42,535 bases of DNA from Welwitschia mirabilis (lineage: Eukaryota). The position numbers and the translations under genes were made by a program. Positions 23,521 through 34,425 of the stretch are shown one piece after another. The notes under the pieces are model-generated. The model saw only the letters and a list, made by a program, of their open reading frames with translations. It did no database searches and was not told the origin of the DNA. Numbering within the stretch: position 1 is the stretch's first letter; each line of letters begins with the position of its first letter. The stretch is taken from contig JBOZIK010000001.1 of NCBI GenBank assembly GCA_051453625.1, positions 35,719,669 through 35,762,203 of the forward strand. Reading direction: 5' to 3'.

Positions 23521-25207
23521 CAACAATGTGGGTAACGTTCTTGTTCTCTGCCTATATACCAGAGCTACTCAATTTACACATTAGAATTCCGTGCTCCTGC
23601 ACACCACACCCAACCATATTGGATTCAATCACCACCATGAAATCAGCTACTATGGTTCGTCATCACAAAGCGGGTGTCAACAATTAGACCCACATAGGAT
23701 CAGCTGATAAAATAGCAATTCGCGTATGTGGGGATTTGTAGGGGAACTATACAAAAGGCCATGGTAAGGGGCTCTTTGTACCCTGTAGAGAAGCTGTCAT
23801 TCTTTTATCTCCAACAATTGTTTTGCAACATAAATTCACGCATTCAATCCGCAACTGAAATTTTATTGTTTTATCCACCTGATCAAAGGAACATTTTTCT
23901 TGAATCCATTACTGAGGGAAATGAAGGTGTCATGCTTTATTTAGTAGTTGCGAAGTTGTTTGCCCCTCATGGTTGCAACACAATAACAGCAGTCTGCAGC
24001 AGCTCACACAACATGGGGGAGGGATTCAAAACTGCTAAAAATTGGTGCATCCACCTTCATTAGAGTTCAACTTCTAAAAACAATGAAATTCTCTTTCTTG
24101 CAAATGACGCGACGTGGAGGGAGGAGGTGGGTGAGAACTAATTGGATTTACAGATACACAAAGATAATTATGCATTGCTCAATTATTTTATGATGTCCCA
24201 TATACATTACCTTATATTTTATTTTTTAAGAAAATCAGCTTACATCTTGACATAAAATGCTATTAAATGTAAGGTGTCTCACAATGCATATAACACCTTG
24301 AATACCTTTAAGGGCATCTTATATACCTTGAAGTGGGCTGTGTAGGTGTCAATAGTCCAGCCTTTTTAAATTTTGTTGACTAATTAACGTTAACTAGGTG
24401 ATTGATTTTCAGATAGACAATTAAATCCTTGTTAGCTATGTGTCTAACAAAACTAACAGGAAACAATATAGGTTTTTTCCCCTCCAGTTGGTAGTGGAAT
24501 CGTTTCTGAAAATTTGACTGCATCCATGTTCGTTCCCTTTACTCTCAAGTATGCCTAGCAAATATGCCAAAAAAGGTCATGTGAAAGAGTAACAATATGT
24601 TATGGACCATTTCCCATTAAACGAGCATAACCATTCGTATAACCAATCAAATACACTCGCTTAATGTTACTACTTGCACCTCTGCTACCCTCTTGTGCTC
24701 TTCACAATGTTGAAATTACAAACTATATTTCTATGCAGATTTAAACTTATTTATGAAGCTAGTAANNNNNNNNNNTCCATGTTATATATGTGGTGCTGCG
24801 ACACATGATCCCTAAATCACAAGGTTGATCAATCATGGGTGGACTGGCCACAAATGCCAAAGGGAGGGGTTCAATTGACACCACCTAGTTACTTGTGGAC
24901 AGTTCCCACCCATGCAAATAGTTGTACACACTTACAATAGAATCAAAATTAATTATAATTCTTCTATACCTAAAGGTGAACTAAAATACAATCAGCTTCC
25001 TTTAGGAACAGAAAAATGGAGACATGATTGATAGCTGGTTCACATCAAATCAAAACATATAGTTGATTCTTTGTTGGTATTTTGCTACAGGTTGAACATC
25101 ACATAGTAGATACAAGCAAAATCAATAGAAATATACAAAGGACTTCCTCTTGCACCCGACAAGGGCTTTGGAAAGATTAATTAGCTCTAATATTATCAAT
25201 TCTGCAG

Positions 25208-25502
25208 TTATTTTTTTCGCTTCTTTCTTCGCTTCTGTGTAGTTTCCAAAGCTCTAAAGACATTTTTCACCTTTTTCTTGTGAAATGCGCTCGATTTACT
25301 ATCTGGATTCTCATCATCACTCTCTTTTTCACTGTTGTTAGCATTGTTTTTTCCACTATCTTTATTGCACTGTACTATGTCAGTTTCTTTTGTTTCTGTT
25401 TCATGCTTTGCATTATTAAGCTTTCTTTGGAGCTTCTTCTCCACAGGACCTACTAAAGTTGTGAACTTCGAATGAGGCAGAAATTTGGCACCCAATCCCA
25501 AC
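25208..25502 (-). CDS. Host gene, last coding exon: small conserved plant protein of unknown function (DUF3245-like, RPxRLGLGAK family)
   Basis: Acceptor CTTTGTAG|G. Reads LGLGAKFLPHSKFTTLVGPVEKKLQRKLN...ESDDENPDSKSSAFHKKK...KRRKKRKK*, uninterrupted, with a basic NLS-like C-terminus. Family call is from memory of the motif, not a search. Confidence 0.82.
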
Positions 25503-25587
25503 CTACAAAGAAGAGATAATAAATATACACAATTAAATCTTGTAAACTTGAGACGATGAGTGACAGTAACACTGCTAGCTTTCTAAC

Positions 25588-25676
25588 CTTGTGGGTCGAT
25601 TCTGGATTTCCCATTCTCTTCCTTCATCTTCCTTGGATTCTGGATCTAAATTCATTCGCTCTACCCAACTCTCTGC
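25588..25676 (-). CDS. Host gene, middle coding exon (89 bp): AESWVERMNLDPESKEDEGREWEIQNRPT(R)
   Basis: TTATTGCAG| acceptor and AG|GTTAG donor. The 85-bp intron joins in frame to give NRPTRLGLGAK. Confidence 0.82.
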
Positions 25677-25716
25677 CTGCAATAAACAGCATCATTACTT
25701 CTTTAAACTTGATTAA

Positions 25717-26108
25717 TTGCTTATATTTTAATATTATTTCCCAGATATGAGCTATCCAAAATCATTAAACAAGAATATATTAACATTTGATAATGTACAT
25801 AAAGAGTTCTGTTGACTACCGTTAGATAACATTCCTTCAAAAAACAAGAATGCAAAACTTACCAATTCATTAACATGCTGACAGCGAAGTTTCTTTTCAG
25901 GGCAAAATGGCATTGCTTATATTTTAAGATTATTTCCCAGATACAAGCTTTCCAAAATCATCAAACAAGAATTCATTATTATTTAATAATGTACATAGAG
26001 TCCTGTTGACTACCATTATCTTCTTTTCTCCTTCAAAAAGCAAGAATGCAAAACTTACTATATCATTAACATGTTGACAACGAAGCTTCTTCTTGTGGCA
26101 AAATGGCA
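25717..26108. repeat. Tandem duplication, 196-bp period, covering part of intron 1 and the 3' part of exon 1
   Basis: ATTGCTTATATTTTAA...CAAGAATGCAAAACTTAC...GGCAAAATGGC occurs twice; donors at 25862 and 26058. Confidence 0.9.
25863..25913 (-). CDS. Host gene, candidate first coding exon (MPFCPEKKLRCQHVNEL); spliced product 144 aa
   Basis: Strong donor TTG|GTAAGT at 25862, phase 0 matching the next exon, in-frame ATG at 25913, 186-bp intron. Confidence 0.5.
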
Positions 26109-26250
26109 GGACATGACTTAGTGAAACATGTTAATCTGGACAACACTGCTGGGAATTGGAGGAGTTCATACAAGTACATTCTGAAATGAACTTACAATAA
26201 TGTTGTCATGTTGTTAAGTTCATTGCCAGATAGATGGAAACTCTGCTTAC

Positions 26251-26878
26251 AAAAATCATAGTTCAGAACCAAAGGAAGTCCTTGAGGCAGTCTGACTGCA
26301 GTGGTGAGAGAACATGCTGACCATGTTCATGAAGGCAAGCAAAAGAAATAGCCAAGATGTGGGAACTGTTATAACAAACTGTTAGGACTTCTGATGGCTG
26401 TCACATGAGACCATGCTTGTCATGCTTGTCATAATAATGATATCTCTTTGCAAAGTCCAGAACCTTGATTTTCTGTTTGTATTCTAAAGCCCATGCATAC
26501 TACACTCTGGAACCATCTTGTTGTGGTGTTTTATCCTAATGTTTTTACTAAAGGTACTAATCAATGCCAACCTGGCAATGGACTACTTTGATATCAATGA
26601 TTGATTAGGACAAGGGAAAAAATCATTATTTCAGATCCAGAGGAAGTCCTTAGAGTACTCTGACTTTGTTGGCAAGAAAGCATGCTTACTATGATAGTAA
26701 AGGCATGCAAAAGAAATGGCGAACATCTTGGAACTGTAATTATGAACTGTTTGGGTTTTTAATGACTATATCATCTGAGACCATGCTTGTCAAAATGATG
26801 ACACTTGTTAGAGTCCATAACCTTGATTCCTTGTTTGTATTCTAGAGCCCATGCACCCTATGTGCTTGTACCATCTTC
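26251..26878. repeat. Older diverged direct duplication (~270-bp copies, ~365-bp offset)
   Basis: Shared blocks AAAAATCAT, GGAAGTCCTT, GAGACCATGCTTGTCA, AACCTTGATT, GTTTGTATTCTA, GCCCATGCA, ACCATCTT in 26251-26520 and 26617-26878. Confidence 0.8.
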
Positions 26879-27359
26879 CATGTCCTAGTCACCTAGTGAA
26901 GCTTTTCATCCTCTATTATAGTGTTTCTCCTAAAGATACTTTGTCTTCTGTCAGATATCTCATGTCATATTTATTCTAAAGCATCCTATAACAGGTGATA
27001 TCATGTACATTTTTGTTCCCATTGTGTTTTAATGTTTGACTTTTCCAATACAGCTTTTTCCCCCAACCAAAAACTTAGATTAATATTGCATACTATATTT
27101 TATAATATACTTCTTTTTTACTGTATATTTGAATAACATGTGCTTGTTTATATGGGTGGGGCCTTATTAGCAATTTCGCAGTATACGTTTCCATTTATTT
27201 GTTTTGATTGGTTGATTTAATTGTTTAAGAAAAAGGTCACATGTTAAATTTTTCTATGGAGCCATTTACCCTATCAGGTTGCTGCCCATCACATGTGCTC
27301 TTGTATTATGAGAAGCATAGTTTATTTTCTTGCGTTTTGTTGTTGCAACGCATTCTGGT

Positions 27360-27886
27360 ATGTCTTGGTTTCCATCGAATGGTTGTCTTATTCAAGGCAC
27401 TCCAGAAGGCCATGTTTTCATAGTTAAGTCAAAATATGTGGAATTGTTTTTGATAAAAGAGATCAATTCGATCTTGCACCTGTTCTTCTAGTGCCTAGTA
27501 CTACGCTTCTCATGGGATATTTCTCTGGCAAGCAAGATCATTTAGCTGCCTTGGGTGACACAAGGGTAGATGTCTCTCTAATCTGCAACACTCTAGATCC
27601 TGATCAATTTTCTGTTGCATGTGTGATGCCTAAAATAGCTAGAGTTGCAGCACTGGGAGTCGTGGCATCTTTTCAATATACTGTCTTAAACAAATCTCGA
27701 TCTTCAACAATCGTAGAACCCTGGATAAAAGGCAAAAAAGGATGGTTCACACTTTGTACTTTAGACGAGTCCGCTAATCTCCAGCCCGCGATCCTATTCA
27801 ATACAGGATAACACGAAATTCTTCAGACCCGGGATCTAGGATTTTTCATGGATGTTGATAAGATCCGGCATAATTCTTTAGGATAG
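27360..27886 (+). pseudogene. Degenerate ORF, ~175 codons, unknown protein, convergent with the caulimovirid polyprotein
   Basis: One frame is stop-free from 27428 to 27808, then after one TAA continues to TAG 27884-27886. MSWFPSNGCLIQGTPEGHVFIVKSK from ATG 27360 joins by one frameshift. AATAAA at 27910-27915. Confidence 0.5.
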
Positions 27887-28819
27887 GAGCACCTTAGTTC
27901 CACTAACTAAATAAATGAATGGCAAGAAATGCAAAGGGGCCATAGATCACAATTTTGACAGAGAAAATCATACTTCACAATTTAGACACAATGATCTCTA
28001 ATTTGCAGATCACACAAAGTTCCAATATTTTAACATCCAAACAACAACTGCATGCAACTAGGTGAAATGGAGATCAAAACCCTAGAAACTGACCACTATG
28101 CCAACAAAATTCTTTTGGATATTTTCACTTCAGGTGGAACAGGGTTCACAGTAATCACCTGTATAAAGAAGCTAGTACCAAGAATCGTCGGTCATCACAC
28201 TAGTAGGATCCTCCCTTTTATCAAGGATAGCACTCATGTCATATGGTACCAATCCACAATCTGCGTTATAATAGCCATAATCTTTGGCTCTCACAGAGTG
28301 CCATAAGTCTTTAGCTTCACCTTGATAACTTCTGTACACTCGTGCTAAACCTGATTTTCCGGAAATGTGACCAAACTCTTTCCACCTATATAATCAATTG
28401 CCATAATTCTGTGGAGGCTCTGGAAAGTATCTGGAGTTGATAAAAAGGTTTGGTCCTTCTCTAAGAAATATTTTCCACAAAAAATAGCTCTGCCTTCTAT
28501 GCCAAAATGGAAACAGCCATCATTTTCTATTTACTCTGTCAGTGGACCAAATCCATAGAGTGGTTTCTAAAGATTCTCCATGGAGCCACTCAGTTTGAGC
28601 AATAATATTATTAGAGTAGTTTTCGATACAATATTTAAAAGCATCATCACACATTTCTTCATATTTCGGTAAAGCACATGAAGTTATTACCTCTTCATCC
28701 TTCTAAGCATGTATGATGTAGTGCTGAGACCTGGGTTCCCATCCAGATCCCTTGAGCAGCCATTTAAGGCATTGTTGTGGCTCCTCATTCAGCATCATTT
28801 TGATGGCAAAGCTGGCTTC

Positions 28820-30170
28820 TTCACTGAATTCTCAAGTGAGCAAATCTGGAATTAAATTGCTTTCATTTGGCACCCTTTCTACTGGAAAGTTGTGTTGGGA
28901 TAGCAGGTATTGCTACCATATATAGCATCGGAGCCTTGGATCACTTATCTTTTTCCTTAATAAAGTGGCTACATTAATTGCATCGGTCTGGAGAATAAAT
29001 TCTTGATTGATAAGATCTGACGATATCCTTGTAATACTTGTATGATGGTGATATCTTTCTAATACTTGTATGACTGGCAAGACTTCTTTTTCTGCTCTCC
29101 AGCACCGCTTTTCATTGGATTTGAAAGTTCCTCATGCATATCTTTTCACTTTTGTCTCTCTTTCTAAATAATACAGTTGCCCAGCACTTGTCACTTGCAT
29201 CAATAGCTAGTACACATAGTCCAAGCAACGCAGGTTACAATGGTGGTTATATAGTACATTCAGCTTTCAGTCTTTCCACTTCCATTGTTGCTATGTGGCG
29301 CCACTTGAAAGGATGACTAGTCATAGCACTTCTAATTGCTCTTGTTTTCTCTGCCACCTTCAGGATATGGCTATGTACATAGTTTATACAGCCAAGAAAC
29401 CTCTAACATAGTCCTTATTTGAAAAGGAATCTCGAAATTTCTGAATCTTTTCTAATACATCAGGCTACATATGCACCTTCCCATTGGCTACTCGTAACAA
29501 TTCTATGTCCAACATACTTGAGATTTCTTCTCATCTACTAAGAGACCTATAGCATGCTTTTACAGATTTCCACAAATATCTTTAAATGCTGCAAATGTTC
29601 ATTGAAAGAATAAGAGGGAAAAAATCATCAATGTAATTAGCTATGAAAGAATCATATTGTCTAAAGATGTCGTCCATTCTCATTTGAAATTGTGAAGGAA
29701 CATTTTTTTAATCCGAACAGCATTACTAGCCATTCATATAGTCCATGCGAGGCTGAAGAAGTTGTTTTGTGTATATCTTCTTCAGCAGTTTTTACTTGAT
29801 GGTATCCTGCCTTGCAATCAAATTTAGAAATATTTTTTGCCGATGCCATCTTCCGAATTAATTGCTCCTTATTTGGTCATGGCCACTTAATGTTAACAGT
29901 AACATTGTTAAGGGGAATATAATTAATAACCATTTTAGCTCTGCCCCTTTTCATCTCAAAATGACTTCTAACTATGAGATAAGCACATGAATAATTTAAG
30001 GCTGATGGATGAATTAGTGTTTTATTAAGCAACTCTTGTGTTTGGTTCTTAACTTCTCTGTCTTGCTTAGTCAATTTGATTGCTTTGCTTTGTACCAGCA
30101 CATTGTGGATTGTTGGAATATAGGCTACTGGAGAAGATATTTCCCAGAATTGTAAAGGATGTTCACAGCA
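28820..30170 (-). pseudogene. Caulimovirid reverse transcriptase and RNase H
   Basis: YIDD at 29624-29635; RNase H IDASDKCWATV, YASGTF..NE, FILQTD, NLIPDLLT*E. Confidence 0.92.
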
Positions 30171-30429
30171 GCATTCCTTAAGTACTTGAATTATTGGTTG
30201 AAGATCAGTTGTCTGATGTGCTGTTAAATTCCATCTTTTACATTTGCTTAATCATTTTGAATTTTTCTTTTTCTTGTTTGAGCTGTATTTCTTTTTTTAT
30301 AATTTTTCTTAAAGTAATCTTTTTTTTTTTTTGTCACAGCTCTTCTGCAGATGACACATCCTTGCAGAGATTCTTGAGATTACTAATTTTCTCCCTTCAT
30401 ATGATAAGATCACCATGTCATCACCTATG

Positions 30430-30720
30430 TGTAAAGATTAAATATTTTCAAAAAATTTGAGTCTATCCCAACATCATAACCTGAGTCACTAATTTGTATG
30501 AAATCTTTAAGATTATTTTATCTTCTATTTTTAACAGGTACATTTATCACCAATTGATTCAATTCCCTAAAACCGTTCATTGTCTCAACTCGATAAGGTT
30601 TGGGTAAATTAACCCAATGATCTCGTACTTCTGCTTTACAGAAAGCTAATGTAACTCCTGTATCAATGACACCAAAATATTTTTACCCTAAATTTTTCTT
30701 GTTTGATTTTGATTGGCACT
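30430..30720 (-). pseudogene. Caulimovirid aspartic protease domain
   Basis: FGVIDTGVTLAFC with catalytic DTG at 30656-30664; downstream DSGYDVGID. Confidence 0.85.
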
Positions 30721-31269
30721 GGCAATTAAATTGTTGATTGTCCTAGTAATGCCTTTTGTAGATGCGTTGCTTTTAACTTTGCTTCGTCTGAGAATTTTCT
30801 TTGTCTAGTTAAAAATGGACTCATTTTATTTTTGTATTCTTTCGGAAAAGGTGTTATTACCAAGTTTTGACTTTCTTTTGCTATACTCAATTTTTCATCT
30901 TCAGAAGAATAAATATCTGAGTCTGTTCATGAGTCATCTGATTCCTCTAATTCTGATTCTTCTAATTCAAAACTATTGCATCTAGCCTTTTCTTCTTCTG
31001 ATTCTGATTGAATTTGCTTGCTACATTCCCCTTTCTCATAGCAAGTCAATGGGTTAACGTAATCTAAATCTGAAGAACTATAAGAGGGTTCTGAGTCTGA
31101 ATCCGTAGAGTACATGTCTTTGATTGAAACATTCATACTGATTTGTACTACCACAGTTTCAGATTCCGTTTCATGTTGTTCTATATTTCAAATGAAAATA
31201 TCTCGTGTTCTTGATCTAGGGCCTCTTGAAATTGTTCTCCAGTTTCCATCATTTCCCAGATTTCCACAA

Positions 31270-32060
31270 AGTCTTCTTCAAATAGTGCTTTAATTTTTCT
31301 CACAGCCTTTTCACTGCATTCATGGGTACAGTGGCCCTTCTTTTTACACTAGCAGCACTAAAGATTTTTAATCCCCTTTTAGGGGTGTCCTCCTTCTAAA
31401 GTATTTACCCCCCATCTTTTTCTTTGATTTTTGAGGTTTAATCAGACAACCATATGTATATCCTTCGTCAATATTATCACAGACTGATTTCTTTGTAGGA
31501 GGCATGCTTTTTGTCACGTTCATGTTAAGGCAGATCTTTTTAATTTCTGTCCTCACGGATTTATTTTCTTTTGCTAAAACTTCAATCAGCAGATCCCTAA
31601 ATTATCTGGCGATGAGCGAAGAAACATACTATTGGTGATAGAATTCCTATGAAGATTCAGTCTATATACATCATTGGCAGTCTCCTGCATACTTTCAGAT
31701 TTTCGTAAATTACATAGTTTCCTCTTACTTAGCAGCAAATGTTCTGCATTCTTTAGAGAGGCTGTCGACGGTGAATTCTGCAATGGCGGCCTGATAGAAT
31801 GCATCTATACCACTCTGAAGTATTTGGTCCTTTGCTTCTGTAGGTGCATAGTCCCACCAATATTTCATTTTTCCTGTCAGTCACCCAGTTGCTGCTAACA
31901 ATATTGTCTCTGTGGAGTAATGATATATAGCTTGAGCAATTTAAAGTTCATGACACCAACTTCTTATAACTTGCTCTATTTCCTTTGTTAGTGTACTGTC
32001 TATGTTTAGAATAGGAATGTTTGTTATTACTCAGAGAAAAACACTTTTTGCCTTGGGATA
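31270..32060 (-). pseudogene. Caulimovirid coat protein domain with zinc knuckle
   Basis: IPILNID...IRSW; LTGKMKYWWDY; VCDNIDEGYTYGC followed by a Lys-rich tract; damaged knuckle CC*CKKKGHCTHEC at ~31314-31360. Confidence 0.8.
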
Positions 32061-32799
32061 AGTATACATTGTTTCTTTGTTTACCTTTGCCATCATAATC
32101 CCTTGTTTACAATGATCTTTGTCAATCGACGTGATCGATGGTCATGGCTCAAACTCTTTTCCTTTCTTTTCGTTTGTAGCCTTTTCTAGTTTCAGTTTTT
32201 CTTTTCCTATAGTTCCCTGCTCTAGAGCCAACCTGATTCTCTTTTCTTTTTTCCTTTCTTTTCTTTTTGAGCTTGCTGTAGACATCATAAATTACCTTAT
32301 ATATTCTCCAATTGATCTTGTATCTTGTGATATCTAAGTTTTGCTCAGCAAACAATGTCCAAGCAAACAGATAGTTCAACTGTCATACTTCCTCTTTCTG
32401 TTGGTTTTTGGAATCTACTGAATGTCCTAGTAGGTAACTTAAATCTGCTCTAAATAAGGGCTTTTCCAATCTGTTTGTGTAGTACAGAAACTGGATTTCA
32501 AGGGCCATTTGCCTGTCCCTGTCTTCTCTACCAGTGCATCCTTATTATTTCTTGGAGTTGAGGCTTCATCAGAAGAAATCATCATCCTCATTTGTAATTT
32601 TTTTGCATCTCTATTTGGTGACCTCTTTTCTTTTTTGAAGTGAACATTGATCGCTGTGTATTCTGATGTATGGACCTGATGTATTTCCCCTAAAGTTGCA
32701 ATTAGTTCTACTATTGCCCTCTCTTGTGATGTTGACCTTGGAAGTTCTAAAATGAAACTGTTTTTATTTGTTTTGATTTTTGATATTTTTTATTTTCTA

Positions 32800-33313
32800 T
32801 GTACTGTTGAATGCATGAATACCCTACATGATAAACCTTTTATATTTACAGTTTACCCAAGAGATGTGCTTGCTATGGGAAACTGAACACCTTATGGTAG
32901 CTTTGTATTTAAGAACATTGAAGATACTAAATTAAAAATGCATCTTGCTCCTATTGAGCAACACTGACCCTAGTATTAGAGCATAAACCATCATTATTTA
33001 ATTTTCCTTTAAACTGACAAATAACTGCTTGATGCCAATCCACATGCCTTATGTCGAGTAATGCGACTAAATTTTCAGCCTCAATATCGTAACAAACTAT
33101 ATCTATTTGTCCCAGATGTACTGAATGATCACCCTTTTCTAACCACCTTTTAATTTCAGATTCTAAGAAAAATGGCAAGAAAACAGGTCTAATGCCTTTG
33201 CTTTCAACACCTAGCATTACTTCTAATTGTTTAAGAAATTTAGCTTTAATATTACTGACTTCATATAAATCACTCTTTTTGACTTTCAGGAAATTTTATT
33301 CTACTAGCTTCAT
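32800..33313 (-). pseudogene. Caulimovirid 30K-family movement protein domain
   Basis: MKLVE*NFLKVKKSDLYEV...SVHLGQIDIV...LVALLDIRHVDWHQAVICQFKGKLN, containing the HLG.I and 'ALLD.RH' (D-motif) signatures. Confidence 0.85.
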
Positions 33314-33339
33314 CTGTCCAAAATTCTTTTTCTAACATA

Positions 33340-34055
33340 AGCTGATGCAAGGTACTATATTACTAGAAAAGGAAATTGCAATGCATGCAGGTATTAAACT
33401 ATAGATGATGTGCTTGATGAATCCATAAAAATTTTGTGCTTTTTGTATGCAGCTTCAATCTGCTGTCAAGCACAATTTTTCATGTGCAATATAATCACAG
33501 CTAACATCCAAAAGGCTAACAAAGAATTTAAGACACCATGAGCACAATCTCCTATGTCCCCAAGAGGCTAGCGCAGAGCTTAAGGGACGAGAGTATCGCA
33601 GGGAACTGTAAGAGCAGCTTGAAAACAGAGGACTTGGAGATGAAGCTTAGCAAGCACAATTGCAAAGAGCATTCAAATTTGACCCAACACAATCTATTAA
33701 ATTTCACCACTACTTACAAATAGATTGCATATGTATATATATAGGCAAGGCCAAGGAAAGTCGCCATGATAGTGGAGACACAAAGAATCTTATCTTTACA
33801 GTCACGCACTATCATCGTGGAGTCTACAAAACTTCTACAGTAATTACACGTTTTATAAAGTGCTACAGGAAAAAGATATTGCAACTCCAGGGTAAATACA
33901 TCAAGTTCATACATCAGAAGACACAGTGATCAATGTTCACATTGAGAAGAAAAAAGGTCACCAAACAGAGATGTAAGAAAATTGTAAATAATCATGATGA
34001 TTTCTTCTGATGAAGCCTCAACTTCAAGAAAGAATAAGGATCCACTCGTAGAAAA
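33340..34055 (+). mobile_element. Second pararetrovirus-related segment in inverted orientation, cut off by a copia insertion
   Basis: 33878-34055 is a diverged reverse complement of ~32525-32702 (GATGATTTCTTCTGATGAAGCCTCAAC, GATCAATGTTCAC, GGTCACCAAA). The sequence 5' of that block does not match the MP region. Confidence 0.75.
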
Positions 34056-34425
34056 TGTTGGAAAGTGAAGCCAAATTTGTCTTGTTTATATTATAGTATT
34101 ATGTTTTAACATTGACCCTTGTTTTTGTAATATTGTAAAAGGAGGTTATGTTTTAACTCCTTGGTGTATGTAAATAAAGGAAAAGAAAAGGAAGGGGAAA
34201 GGAGAGGATGTTTTTTAGACTTGGCTTGAAACCCTAAACCTATTTAAAGGTTGCTTGGGGGTTTGTTTTGTATTGTGATTCTTTTGCTCCTTGAATAAGA
34301 TTAAGAGCTTTGCCTGCCTCCCGTGCTTTTTCTCGAAAGGGTTTTCGACATAAATTTGTATGTGTTGTTCTTGTGCTTGTTGTTTTGTTTTCTTTAACAT
34401 GGATTTACAGTAAAGATTCGTAACA
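34056..34425 (+). repeat. Copia 5' LTR, 370 bp
   Basis: TGTT...AACA termini; CCTATTTAAAG TATA-like box; 2 nt before the PBS. Confidence 0.85.

Larger units (their letters stand above)
28082..33313 (-). mobile_element. Endogenous pararetrovirus (Caulimoviridae): degenerate MP-CP-AP-RT-RNase H polyprotein plus C-terminal extension; genus unresolved
   Basis: Domain order MP, CP, AP, RT, RH; no integrase and no LTRs; caulimovirid RT motifs HPLQFW, HFEMKRGRAKMVINYIPLN, SKFDCKAGYHQV, GLYEWLVMLFGLK, YIDD. Confidence 0.93.

Noticed and set aside
23728-24063. 111-aa plus-strand ORF
   Set aside because: GTG start, no recognisable motif and no supporting splice or expression signals.
24104-24135. TGACGCGACGTGG, resembling an as-1 or G-box element
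   Set aside because: Spacing does not fit as-1 and no linked TATA or gene was found; it could be chance.
24268-24350. Short AAGGTGT/ACACCTT inverted repeats suggesting a MITE
   Set aside because: Only 7-bp arms, with no definable termini or TSD.
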